Positions 29,202 through 38,687 of a stretch of 64,000 nt of DNA are shown here, one piece after another. The notes under the pieces were generated by a model. It was not told where the DNA came from and searched no databases. It saw nothing but the letters and a program-made list of their open reading frames with translations. Position 1 is the first letter of the stretch, and the number at the start of each line of letters is the position of its first letter. Source of the DNA: Salinivirgaceae bacterium (GTDB taxonomy: Bacteria > Bacteroidota > Bacteroidia > Bacteroidales > SZUA-534); contig JAFVGW010000034.1 of the NCBI GenBank assembly GCA_017474765.1, positions 22,502 through 86,501 of the forward strand, written 5' to 3'. A program made the position numbers and the translations under genes.

Positions 29202-31025
29202 ATGAAAGGACTAAAGCGAATACTACAATATGTTTTTCCGCGCTATACAGGACAGGCGCTGCTGAATTTTCTGTTCATCCTCCTATCAACAATTGGCGGA
29301 TTGTGCTCATTCACAATGGTTATACCTTTTTTAGACGTTCTGTTCGACCAGACAATCGAAACGCCCAGTCTTGTTGAGTTCGACTGGAGTGTCGATTCTT
29401 TGAAAAACATATTCAACTATCATTTAGTCAGCATTATAAACGAATACGGAAAGTCTTCGGCCTTGGTTTACCTTTCGGCATTCATCATGGTGGCGATACT
29501 AATCAAAACCCTTTTTTGGTATGCCTCAAAACTTGCAATGATAAACATTCGCTACAGCATCATCCGCGATTTGCGTAACTCACTGTATAACAAGATTACA
29601 CGTCTTTCGCTCGGCTTCTATTCCGATGAGCACAAGGGCGATGTAATGTCGCGAATGACCAACGATGTGAATGAGGTTGAATACTCTGTTTTCCGCTCGT
29701 TCGATGTGATTTTCAAGGACCCGATAACGCTGATTGCGTCGATGGGCCTGCTCATCTACATGAGCCCGAAACTCACTCTGTTTGTGGTGATTATGCTTCC
29801 AATATCTGGCGGAATTGTCGGAAAAATCGGCCATACACTGCGCAAAAACTCCACAGTGGTTCAGAGCAAACTTGGCAGCCTTATGTCGCTCATCGAGGAG
29901 ACACTGGGCGGACTGCGTATAATCAAGTCGTTCAACGCGCACGGCAAGGTTTACAACACGTTCAGCGATGAGAATTTCCAGTTTATCCGCGAGTCGAAAC
30001 GCATGATGCGCCGCCGCGAACTGGCCAGCCCGCTGAGCGAGTTTCTCGGTTCGCTGATTCTGGTTGTTGTGCTCTGGTTCGGCGGCAGTCTTGTGCTGAA
30101 CGGCGACGAATCGCTTTCGAGTTCGGCCCTGATAGGCTATCTGGTTATTTTCTCGCAGATGATTCAGCCCGCAAAACAAATCATCGACGCGTGGTACAGC
30201 ATTCAGAAAGGTCTTGCGTCAAGCGACCGCATTGATGAACTGCTCAATGCCGAAGTGGCCATCCGCGACAGCGAAAATCCGAAACCGATAGCCAGATTCG
30301 AGAACGAAATTGAATATCGCAATGTATCGTTTAAATATGTCAACGATTTGGTTCTCAAAGATATAAATCTGAAAGTCAAGAAAGGTCAGACAGTTGCGCT
30401 TGTGGGGCAGTCGGGTTCTGGCAAATCGACAATGGTTGACCTTCTGCCTCGCTTCTACGATGTTGTCGGCGGCGGAATCTACGTTGACGGAACCAATATC
30501 AAAGACTTGAAAATCGTTGATTTACGGCATCTTATGGGCATCGTCGGACAAGACAGTTTCCTGTTCAACGACACCATCTTCAACAACATCGCCTTTGGCG
30601 TTGAACACGCCACAATGGAACAGGTGATTGAAGCCGCAAAAATCGCCAACGCGCACGATTTCATTATGGAGACGCCCGACGGCTACCAAAGCACCGTTGG
30701 CGACCGCGGCAGCAAACTGTCGGGCGGTCAGCGGCAGCGCATCAGCATTGCGCGAGCCATCCTGGCAAACCCGCCAATTATGATTTTGGACGAAGCCACA
30801 TCGGCCCTCGACACCGAATCGGAAAAACTGGTTCAGGACGCGCTCTTCCGCCTGATGGAGAACCGCACGTCAATCGTCATCGCCCACAGGCTCTCAACGG
30901 TTGTGAATGCCGACCTGATTTGCGTTCTGCAAGACGGCGAGATTATTGAGCGCGGCACCCACGCCGAACTGATGGCAAAAGGCGGACAGTACAAGAAACT
31001 GCACGATATTCAGACATTTGCATAA
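29202..31025 (+). CDS. ABC transporter ATP-binding/permease protein (MsbA-like exporter)
   Basis: Six-TM exporter domain followed by an NBD: GQSGSGKST, LSGGQRQRISIARA, ILDEATSALD. Confidence 0.85.
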   Translation: MKGLKRILQYVFPRYTGQALLNFLFILLSTIGGLCSFTMVIPFLDVLFDQTIETPSLVEFDWSVDSLKNIFNYHLVSIINEYGKSSALVYLSAFIMVAILIKTLFWYASKLAMINIRYSIIRDLRNSLYNKITRLSLGFYSDEHKGDVMSRMTNDVNEVEYSVFRSFDVIFKDPITLIASMGLLIYMSPKLTLFVVIMLPISGGIVGKIGHTLRKNSTVVQSKLGSLMSLIEETLGGLRIIKSFNAHGKVYNTFSDENFQFIRESKRMMRRRELASPLSEFLGSLILVVVLWFGGSLVLNGDESLSSSALIGYLVIFSQMIQPAKQIIDAWYSIQKGLASSDRIDELLNAEVAIRDSENPKPIARFENEIEYRNVSFKYVNDLVLKDINLKVKKGQTVALVGQSGSGKSTMVDLLPRFYDVVGGGIYVDGTNIKDLKIVDLRHLMGIVGQDSFLFNDTIFNNIAFGVEHATMEQVIEAAKIANAHDFIMETPDGYQSTVGDRGSKLSGGQRQRISIARAILANPPIMILDEATSALDTESEKLVQDALFRLMENRTSIVIAHRLSTVVNADLICVLQDGEIIERGTHAELMAKGGQYKKLHDIQTFA

Positions 31026-31110
31026 TTTTCTCGCTCATTTTATGTGAAAAGTTGTTTGCGACTGCAACTCCAACTTTTTTCATATTTTTGGAGTTGATTA
31101 TATCTCGAAC

Positions 31111-31752
31111 ATGAACGCAAAACAACTGATAACTATTTGTTTGATAGCCGCGGCAAGCATTGCGACAACCTCGGCACAAGACACAATTATGCTGATGCGC
31201 GGCAAGCGCCTCCTGGTTAGCGACAGCAAAGTTGAAATCACGGCCAAGGGCGACACCGTGGTCAGTTACCAACTGCCTAACGGAAAGCGCAAGAGCAAAA
31301 GCGCGTATAAAGTATTTTCAATCAGCAACAAAAATGGCGAGCAAGTTTTCTACACACCCGAATCACTTGAAGATGAACTGACTGTTGACCAGATGCGACG
31401 CTTCCTTCAAGGCAAAGCCGATTATTCAGGCGGATTCAGTTGGGGATTCTTTGCTGGTGGTGTGGCAGCCACAACCGCTGGAGCATTTGTTCCTGCCGTC
31501 CGTTTCGATGTGGGCAGCAATGGAGCCACCGTTCCTGTTGGCTTGATTGTGCCATTTGGCTATGTTTTCGTAGTTGGCAACACCACAAAATCAGCCGAAA
31601 AACTTAAAGCACAAAATCCTGGCATGCTCGATGACGAATACTATCTGCTTGGTGCACAGGCTGCTATCAGTCAACAACGAATGGTTAGCGGAGCGCTTGG
31701 TGTTCTCACTGGAGGTGTAATTTGGGGTGTTGTGGCAGCCATCAACGACTGA
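31111..31752 (+). CDS. Hypothetical membrane-associated protein
   Basis: Signal peptide MNAKQLITICLIAAASIATTSAQ and glycine-rich hydrophobic C-terminal segments. No motif recognised. Confidence 0.5.
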   Translation: MNAKQLITICLIAAASIATTSAQDTIMLMRGKRLLVSDSKVEITAKGDTVVSYQLPNGKRKSKSAYKVFSISNKNGEQVFYTPESLEDELTVDQMRRFLQGKADYSGGFSWGFFAGGVAATTAGAFVPAVRFDVGSNGATVPVGLIVPFGYVFVVGNTTKSAEKLKAQNPGMLDDEYYLLGAQAAISQQRMVSGALGVLTGGVIWGVVAAIND

Positions 31753-31760
31753 AATTGAGA

Positions 31761-33416
31761 ATGTTGCATCAGATTCACATACAGAACTATGCGTTAATCG
31801 ACGAACTGACAGTCGATTTCACCGACGGCTTTTCAACGCTCACGGGCGAGACGGGCGCGGGAAAGTCGATTCTGCTTGGCGCGCTGATGCTGGCTTTGGG
31901 CAACCGTGCCGACACTGCGGCCATTGGCAATGCGGAGCAGAAATGCGTGGTTGAAGCCACATTCAACGTAAAGCCGTATCACCTTGAAAAGATTTTTGAC
32001 GAGCTCGACCTTGATTATCAGGACGAAACAATTGTCCGCCGCGAGCTGCTGACAAACGGAAAATCACGCGCCTTTGTTAACGATACGCCCGTTAACCTTA
32101 ACGCGCTCAAAGATTTAGGCCGCCATCTGATTGACATTCACTCGCAGCACGAGAATCTTGAACTGAACAACAATCAGTTTCAGTTGCGCGTGGTTGATGC
32201 GGCCGCGCAAAATGCTGATTTACAGAAACAATACTCGGCCGTTTACGCTGATTACAAGCGCTTGCAGGCCGAACTTGCCGAACTGAAGGAAAATGCACGC
32301 CAGATGTCGGCCGATTACGACTATAATCAATTCCAATACAACCAGTTAGCCGAAGCAAAACTCGATGGTGTCAATCAGGAAGAGATGGAAAATGAGTTCC
32401 AGACGCTGTCGAATATTGTTGATATTCAACAAAATCTGAGCGCTGCGCTCTATGTTTTGCAAGACGGCGAGCAAAACGTCTTATCGGGACTGGCGCAAGT
32501 TCGGCAGGCTGTTCAGCAGACGCAGCGCTACTTCCAAAAATCGGAAGAGTACCTGCAACGCCTTGAGCCTGTGATAATTGAAATGAAAGACTTTGCGCAG
32601 GAACTCGAAAACGATTTGCAACGGCTTGAAAATCAGCCCGAACGACTCGAAGAGTTGCGTGCCAAACTCGACCTGCTCTACAGCCTTATGCAGAAACATC
32701 AGGCCAAAAGCGTTGACGAACTTATTGCAATTCGCAACGATTTAGAACAAAAACTCACAAAATCAGGTGATTACGAAACACTGATTGAGCAAACCGAAAA
32801 GCAACTCAACCAAACCACAAAGCAGTTGACCGATTTGGCGGACAAACTGTCGGACAGCCGCCGAAAGGTTGCCGATTCGCTCTGCAAGCAGATTTGCAGC
32901 CACCTGACGGGCCTGGGAATGCCCAACGCGCAGTTGCAAATCAGCCTGACCGACACCGAAACGTTCACACCCAACGGCCGCGACAGCGTCAACTTTTTGT
33001 TCACCGCCAACCTCAACCACGAACTTCAAAACATTTCGAAGATTGCATCGGGCGGTGAGATAAGTCGTTTAATGCTGAGCATCAAGGCCATATTGTCAAA
33101 ATCGGTTGCACTGCCAACCGTTATTTTCGATGAGATTGACACTGGCGTTTCGGGCGACATCGCGCACAAAATGGGCGAACTTATGTCGATGATGGCCAAA
33201 CAAATGCAAGTGATAACCATCACCCATTTGCCACAGATTGCCGCCAAAGGTGCGGTGCAGTACCGCGTGTCGAAAAACGACGAAGGCGGCACCACTCACA
33301 CTATTGTTGACAAACTGTCTGACGCTGAACGCGTTGATGAGATTGCGCGTATGTTGAGCGGCAAAAATATCACCACCGAGGCGCGAGAGAACGCCAAATC
33401 ACTGTTAAAAGGATAA
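31761..33416 (+). CDS. recN: DNA repair protein RecN
   Basis: MLHQIHIQNYALIDEL...LTGETGAGKSILLGAL (Walker A), a long coiled coil, and C-terminal ASGGEISRLMLSIK...IFDEIDTGVSG. The upstream part of the ORF overlaps the preceding gene. Confidence 0.9.
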   Translation: MLHQIHIQNYALIDELTVDFTDGFSTLTGETGAGKSILLGALMLALGNRADTAAIGNAEQKCVVEATFNVKPYHLEKIFDELDLDYQDETIVRRELLTNGKSRAFVNDTPVNLNALKDLGRHLIDIHSQHENLELNNNQFQLRVVDAAAQNADLQKQYSAVYADYKRLQAELAELKENARQMSADYDYNQFQYNQLAEAKLDGVNQEEMENEFQTLSNIVDIQQNLSAALYVLQDGEQNVLSGLAQVRQAVQQTQRYFQKSEEYLQRLEPVIIEMKDFAQELENDLQRLENQPERLEELRAKLDLLYSLMQKHQAKSVDELIAIRNDLEQKLTKSGDYETLIEQTEKQLNQTTKQLTDLADKLSDSRRKVADSLCKQICSHLTGLGMPNAQLQISLTDTETFTPNGRDSVNFLFTANLNHELQNISKIASGGEISRLMLSIKAILSKSVALPTVIFDEIDTGVSGDIAHKMGELMSMMAKQMQVITITHLPQIAAKGAVQYRVSKNDEGGTTHTIVDKLSDAERVDEIARMLSGKNITTEARENAKSLLKG

Positions 33417-33450
33417 CTCTTTATAATTCATAACTTTATACCACCTTTTT

Positions 33451-34629
33451 ATGGACAATTTCCAATTTTACAGCCCAACCGAATTCGTGTTTGGCAAGGA
33501 CACCGAAAACGAAGTTGGCAAATACGTACGCAAGCACGGCGGTTCTAAAGTGCTGATTCACTATGGTTCTGGCTCGGTTGTCAGGACTGGTCTGCTTGAG
33601 CGCGTCAAAAAATCGCTGGCTGCCGAAGGCATCGCATTCGTCGAACTTGGCGGTGTGAAACCAAATCCGCGCGACACCAAAGTGCGCGAGGGCATTGCAC
33701 TGGCAAGGGCCGAGAAGGTCGATTTCATCCTGTCAGTTGGCGGCGGCTCGTGCATCGACAGCTCGAAAGCCATTGCCGCAGGTGTGTGCTACGATGGCGA
33801 TTTTTGGGACTTGTACGGCACTGGACTTGAGATTAAAAAGGCTTTGCCCGTGGGCACTGTGCTCACTATTGCCGCCGCTGGTAGCGAGGGATCTGGCGCT
33901 TCGGTCATCACCCGCGAGGACGGTTTGCTCAAGCGTGATGCTGGTTCCGACTTGCTTCGTCCGCGATTCTCAATCCTGAACCCCGAACTCACCTGCACCC
34001 TGCCAGCCTATCAGACGGCTTGCGGCGCAACCGACATTATGGCGCACGTTTTTGAACGCTATTTCACAAATACCGAAGAAGTTGAAGTTACCGACCGTCT
34101 TTGCGAAGCCATCCTGCTGACAATGGTCAAGGAAACGCCGCGCGTGATTGCCGACCCGAACAATTACGAAGCCCGCGCCAACATTATGTGGGCAGGAACG
34201 GTTGCGCACAACGACATTGTTGGCGTCGGCCGCAGCCAGGACTGGAACAGCCACTGCATCGAGCACGAACTGTCGGGTCTGTACGATGTGGCTCACGGCG
34301 CTGGACTGGCCGTGGTTATGCCTTCGTGGATGGAATTCACAATGAATCATAATGTTATGCGTTTTGCGCAGGTTGCAACCCGCGTTTGGGGCTGCCAGAT
34401 GGATTTTGAGCATCCCGAAAACACCGCGCTCGCAGGCATTCGCTGCTTCCGTCGGTTCCTTTCGTCAATCGGAATGCCAATCAACTTTGAGCAGCTTGGC
34501 GCAAAAGAGTCTGATATTCCATTGTTAGCCAAAAAGATGGGCATCAACGGCACAACAGGCGGCTTTGTGAAACTCACCACTGCCGATGTTGAGGCAATTC
34601 TGCACATCGCCGCAAAGGCAACAGTTTAA
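33451..34629 (+). CDS. Iron-containing alcohol dehydrogenase (YqhD/butanol dehydrogenase-like)
   Basis: FVFGKDTENEVG, GGGSCIDSSKAIA, and metal-site histidines in DIMAHVFERYF...HCIEHELSGLYDVAHGAGLA. Confidence 0.85.
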   Translation: MDNFQFYSPTEFVFGKDTENEVGKYVRKHGGSKVLIHYGSGSVVRTGLLERVKKSLAAEGIAFVELGGVKPNPRDTKVREGIALARAEKVDFILSVGGGSCIDSSKAIAAGVCYDGDFWDLYGTGLEIKKALPVGTVLTIAAAGSEGSGASVITREDGLLKRDAGSDLLRPRFSILNPELTCTLPAYQTACGATDIMAHVFERYFTNTEEVEVTDRLCEAILLTMVKETPRVIADPNNYEARANIMWAGTVAHNDIVGVGRSQDWNSHCIEHELSGLYDVAHGAGLAVVMPSWMEFTMNHNVMRFAQVATRVWGCQMDFEHPENTALAGIRCFRRFLSSIGMPINFEQLGAKESDIPLLAKKMGINGTTGGFVKLTTADVEAILHIAAKATV

Positions 34630-34649
34630 TCTGATTATCAGGAATATAA

Positions 34650-34686
34650 AATAGGTCATTCTTCTTTGGGAATGGCCTATTTTTTA
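34650..34686 (+). terminator. Intrinsic terminator-like hairpin after the alcohol dehydrogenase gene
   Basis: AATAGGTCATTC (34650-34661) pairs with GAATGGCCTATT (34670-34681), with one G-U pair, followed by TTTTT. Confidence 0.65.
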
Positions 34687-34853
34687 TTGTAAAACGAAAC
34701 TATTGATTTCTATTGATGATAGTCGCATTGCTTTGAAAAAAAAAACTATATATATAGTGAGAGATTCCCCTAAATTTTGTATGTTTGCATAAACAAACAA
34801 TGACACGAGACTAATCGTCGTACATATCTATCTAACTATAAACAACATACCGT

Positions 34854-35222
34854 ATGAAAGAACTTGAGAAACAAACCGTGGAATTCGATGAAAATATGAA
34901 ATCGAATTTGTTGTCAACTTGCAAATGGATGGTTTACACAGCCACATTTCTATCTGCTTTCACCATTAGCGTAATTGTCATTAACATTCTGAATGACAAG
35001 CCTATCAGACATTTATACGCGGCTCTGCTATTTCTCATTCCCGCATTTGTTATGTTTTGCGCAGCAAAATCGATTAAGAAATGGTTGGATAGCGGCAATC
35101 AAAATGATTTGCGCAAATCGGTGCAAGACAACCTGTTACTATGGAAATGCATCGGTCTGTCCACATTAATACCTACCGCGATAGGACTTGTGGCACTGCT
35201 GATAGTCAAACTGATTGGTTAA
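34854..35222 (+). CDS. Hypothetical small membrane protein
   Basis: 122 aa with three predicted hydrophobic helices. No motif recognised. Confidence 0.45.
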   Translation: MKELEKQTVEFDENMKSNLLSTCKWMVYTATFLSAFTISVIVINILNDKPIRHLYAALLFLIPAFVMFCAAKSIKKWLDSGNQNDLRKSVQDNLLLWKCIGLSTLIPTAIGLVALLIVKLIG

Positions 35223-35309
35223 AGTAATTGCGGCGGCGGACAACATTAGGACCTTGTCCTCAGGCACTTTTTCGCTGTACTGCCAACTTAATCTTTTCTC
35301 TGAAATTCC

Positions 35310-35344
35310 CCGTTTCGTATACAGCGCACACCGTTTCGTATACA
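35310..35344 (+). promoter_or_regulatory. Exact 14-nt direct repeat CCGTTTCGTATACA x2 with 21-bp phasing upstream of the TonB-dependent receptor
   Basis: The copies are at 35310-35323 and 35331-35344. The second ends 27 nt upstream of a TAnnTTTG box (TACTTTTG, 35372-35379), which is 22 nt upstream of the ATG at 35402. Confidence 0.5.
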
Positions 35345-35401
35345 ATTAAAAATTGGTGATGGCAGCCAATCTACTTTTGGCACCAGAAACTTAAAAACGA
35401 A

Positions 35402-37753
35402 ATGGATATGAAACGGATTTTAATCTTTGCAGTTTGCTTATTGCTTCAGAATCAGTTGGTTGAAGCGCAGTCGTTCACACAGAACATTAGGGGGTTGGTT
35501 TTCGACGAGGCGTCGGGCGGACCAGTGCCGTTTGCCACGGTTTTCCTTGACGACCAGCCTACGCAGGGCACCGCAGCCGATGCCGACGGACGGTTTGTGA
35601 TTAAGAATGTGCCCGTTGGCCGCCATACGGTTGTGGCACAGGCAGTTGGTTATGAACCACTGATAATGAAGGAGTTGATGGTATCGTCGGCAAAAGAGAC
35701 CTACGTTGAGGCAGGCTTGCACGAGTCGGTGACAACGTTGGGCGAGGTGACCGTCCGCCCCAAAATCAACAAGCAGCAACCGCTCAACAAGATGGCTTCA
35801 ACGGGCGCGCGGATGCTCTCGATTGAGGAAGCAAGCCGCTATGCGGGCGGTTTCGGCGACCCCGCGCGCTTGGCAAGTTCGTTTGCGGGCGTGTCGCAAG
35901 ACGGCTGCACCAACGGCATTTCAATCCACGGCAACGCGCCACGCTTGCTCTCGTGGCGCATTGAGGGCGTCGAGATTCCGAACCCGAACCACTTTGCCGA
36001 CATTTCGGTGGCAGGCGGCGGACTGATGTCGTCGTTAAGTGCTTTTGTGTTAGGTAATTCCGATTTCTTTACGGCCGCTTTCCCTGCCGAGTACGGCGAC
36101 GCTGTTTCGGGCGTTTTCGATATGAAAATGCGCCAGGGCAACAACGAGAAATATGAGCACACCTTCCAGTTCGGCACGTTGGGTATCGATTTTGCTTCGG
36201 AAGGCCCTATCGGCAAGGACCGAAACGCTTCATACATAATCAATTACCGATATTCGTCGCTCGGTTTGGCGTCGCATATGAATTGGGTTGATATGGGCGG
36301 CGAAGTGGTTGATTATCAGGATATAAACTTCAAGGTGAATCTGCCCACAAAATCGGCGGGAACGTTCTCGGTTTGGGGCACGGGGCTTATCGACAGCGAT
36401 GAGAAAACCGTTTCCGACACCACCGAATGGGAAACCAGTTTCGACATAAACCAAGGCAAATCGAAACAAAAAATGGGTGCTATCGGCCTGAAACACCATA
36501 TTTTACTGCCGCGCGGCGGGCAACTCACAACCACTTTGGCCGCCACCGCCAACACAATGGAAGCCGACCGAAAAGCGTACAATTTCAGCACCAACGCCTA
36601 CGACCTTCCTGCGGTTGAAATGTCGACAACGTACACCGATTTGATTGTGGATGTGGCACATAGCCGCAAGGTCTCGGCACGCTACACAATGAAAAACGGC
36701 GTTCACTACACGCATTTTCTGTACGACATTCAGATGCAGCGCGGCGACACTATCGGACAGCCGCTCTACACGGTGTTTGAAGCCGATGGCGCGTCGGGTT
36801 TGCTGTCGGCCTACACCAGCCACCAGTTGAGTTTGAGCAACGAGTTGACGCTCACCGCGGGACTGAATCTCGAGAGCCTGCGCCTGAACGGTGCCGTCAG
36901 CCTAGAGCCCCGCGTGGGACTGCGTTGGCAGCCGACCGCACGTTCAACTTTTGCCGCCGCCTACGGCCTTCACAGCCGTCGCGAGAAGACCGATGTCTAT
37001 TTCGTTAAAATCGGCGGCGAACTTGTCAACGACGATTTGCAATTCACTCGCGCACACCACTTTATGCTGTCGTACAGTCTGAAACTCACCGAGAACTCGC
37101 TGCTCAAAATCGAGCCGTTCTATCAGCATTTGTTCGATGTTCCAGTTGAGGAAGGCACGTCGTTCTCGGTGCTCAACCATATCGAATATTATATCGACAA
37201 AGCGTTGGTTAACAAAGGTTTGGGACGAAACTATGGTGTCGATGTCACCCTTGAGCGCTACCTGAACAACGGTTGGTACGGAATGACCACGGCTTCCATT
37301 TTCAGTTCGCGCTACCGCGGCGGCGACGGCCATTGGTACCACTCGCGCTACGATAGAAACTATGTTATCAATGTGTTAGGCGGCAAGGAATGGATGTTTG
37401 GAAGCGAGAAACAGAACGTTTTTGCGTTGAGCGCGAAAGTCACCGTCCAGGGTGGCGACCGCCACGCGCCTGTTGCCGACGATGTGACGCCCTACGAGAT
37501 TATCCACTCTGTGGATGGCGCCGCCCGCCTTGACGAGACCCGTGCCTTCAGCGAACAGTACGGCACGGCAATCGCCTACAACTATTCGGCCCGTCTCACA
37601 ATCAACAAGCACCGCGTGTCGCACAGTTTCGTTATCGATATGACCAACAACAAAGGCTACTACGACCACGTCTACAACCTGCGCACCCACAAAATTGAGC
37701 CGTACACCGTGAAACTCTCACTGCCGAATATTGCTTATAAGATTGAGTTCTAA
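35402..37753 (+). CDS. TonB-dependent receptor (carboxypeptidase-regulatory-like N-domain + plug + barrel)
   Basis: Signal peptide, then CarbopepD_reg-like IRGLVFDEASGGPVPFATVFL...GRFVIKNVPVGRHTVVAQAVGYE, and a plug region ...MLSIEEASRYAGGFGDPARLASSFAGV. It ends with a terminal aromatic residue (YKIEF). Confidence 0.85.
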   Translation: MDMKRILIFAVCLLLQNQLVEAQSFTQNIRGLVFDEASGGPVPFATVFLDDQPTQGTAADADGRFVIKNVPVGRHTVVAQAVGYEPLIMKELMVSSAKETYVEAGLHESVTTLGEVTVRPKINKQQPLNKMASTGARMLSIEEASRYAGGFGDPARLASSFAGVSQDGCTNGISIHGNAPRLLSWRIEGVEIPNPNHFADISVAGGGLMSSLSAFVLGNSDFFTAAFPAEYGDAVSGVFDMKMRQGNNEKYEHTFQFGTLGIDFASEGPIGKDRNASYIINYRYSSLGLASHMNWVDMGGEVVDYQDINFKVNLPTKSAGTFSVWGTGLIDSDEKTVSDTTEWETSFDINQGKSKQKMGAIGLKHHILLPRGGQLTTTLAATANTMEADRKAYNFSTNAYDLPAVEMSTTYTDLIVDVAHSRKVSARYTMKNGVHYTHFLYDIQMQRGDTIGQPLYTVFEADGASGLLSAYTSHQLSLSNELTLTAGLNLESLRLNGAVSLEPRVGLRWQPTARSTFAAAYGLHSRREKTDVYFVKIGGELVNDDLQFTRAHHFMLSYSLKLTENSLLKIEPFYQHLFDVPVEEGTSFSVLNHIEYYIDKALVNKGLGRNYGVDVTLERYLNNGWYGMTTASIFSSRYRGGDGHWYHSRYDRNYVINVLGGKEWMFGSEKQNVFALSAKVTVQGGDRHAPVADDVTPYEIIHSVDGAARLDETRAFSEQYGTAIAYNYSARLTINKHRVSHSFVIDMTNNKGYYDHVYNLRTHKIEPYTVKLSLPNIAYKIEF

Positions 37754-37802
37754 AGGATTGAATGACTGATTGATTGAATGACTGATTGATTGAATGATTT
37801 TC
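37754..37802. repeat. 8/16-nt periodic array (TGATTGAATGACTGAT units) starting at the first base after the receptor stop
   Basis: Read in 8-nt units it gives ggattgaa tgactgat tgattgaa tgactgat tgattgaa tgatttt. It shares GATTGAATGA words with the 4291-4380 array. Confidence 0.8.
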
Positions 37803-37902
37803 CGCACAATCCAATAATAATGGGAATACAGATTTGAAATGGATTTAAAGTGTAAAATGACTGCGAAAACGCGAAAAATGCAGATGTAAAGAAAAATATT
37901 TA

Positions 37903-37910
37903 TACATTTG
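37903..37910 (+). promoter_or_regulatory. Bacteroidota -7 promoter box (TACATTTG)
   Basis: Matches TAnnTTTG 49 nt upstream of the antitoxin ATG at 37959. Confidence 0.35.
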
Positions 37911-37958
37911 TTTCGATTGAGCGAACTACTTAATATTGTGGAATATAGATTTTAAGAA

Positions 37959-38177
37959 ATGACACTTGCGGTTTTAGAAAAAAAGATGAGCAATCTTTCG
38001 GCTCAACAACAGCAAAATGTTGAGTCTTACATTGATTTCCTACTGTTTCAAAATTCAAGCAGAAAACAGGGAGCAAGAAAGCCGTTGGATTTCTCAAAAT
38101 ACAATACCGTAACTCACGTTTGGGCGGAAGATGCTCAAAGTGTTGTGGATAAACTGCGCTCAAATGACAGATTCTAA
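37959..38177 (+). CDS. DUF2281-like antitoxin (TA pair 1)
   Basis: 72 aa. The N-terminal LEKKMSNLSAQQQQNVESYIDFLLFQ resembles DUF2281 antitoxins. It overlaps the downstream PIN gene by 14 nt. Confidence 0.6.
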   Translation: MTLAVLEKKMSNLSAQQQQNVESYIDFLLFQNSSRKQGARKPLDFSKYNTVTHVWAEDAQSVVDKLRSNDRF

Positions 38178-38583
38178 AATATTTATCGATACCGCGCCGT
38201 TCATTTATCTGCTTGAGGATAACGAACAATTTTCTACAGCCGTTAGAAACAGATTTTCAGATTATTATATGGCTGAAGCGCAACTTTGCACGTCGCTTAT
38301 AACCTTTACTGAATATTGTGTGATTCCATACCGTCAGGGCAATACACAGAAAATTACTGATTTTGAGAATTTTATCGCTGATACAGGCATTTCTGTCATT
38401 CCGCTCACGGTTTCGATTGCAAAATATGCTTCGTTACTTCGCTCTAAATATCAAGGGATTAAGGCAATGGATGCTTTGCAATTGGCATTTGCCATTCAAA
38501 ACGAATGTGATGCTTTTCTCACTAACGACAAGCAACTACGGCAAATCCGTGAGATTAAAGCAGTTCTTGTAAGCGAGTTGTGA
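38164..38583 (+). CDS. vapC: PIN-domain toxin (VapC-like, TA pair 1)
   Basis: MTDSKIFIDTAPFIYLLE (first acidic residue), TFTEY, AMDALQLA and LTNDKQL together give the four conserved PIN acidic positions. Confidence 0.75.
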   Translation: MTDSKIFIDTAPFIYLLEDNEQFSTAVRNRFSDYYMAEAQLCTSLITFTEYCVIPYRQGNTQKITDFENFIADTGISVIPLTVSIAKYASLLRSKYQGIKAMDALQLAFAIQNECDAFLTNDKQLRQIREIKAVLVSEL

Positions 38584-38687
38584 AATAACTCTCACAGAGT
38601 TTATAACGATTGAAATCACAGGTAACACGGGAACTATATTTCGTGCGTTCCGTGGTTATGATTAAATTTGTATGGATTGAAATTGAA

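Noticed and set aside
35223-35401. Possible cobalamin or other riboswitch in the leader of the TonB-dependent receptor
   Set aside because: I could not find a B12-box-like core or conserved riboswitch helices. The region is better explained by the 21-bp-phased direct repeat plus the -7 box.
37930-38229. 99-aa minus-strand ORF over TA pair 1
   Set aside because: It is antisense to the overlapping antitoxin/PIN pair, which has the canonical TA arrangement.
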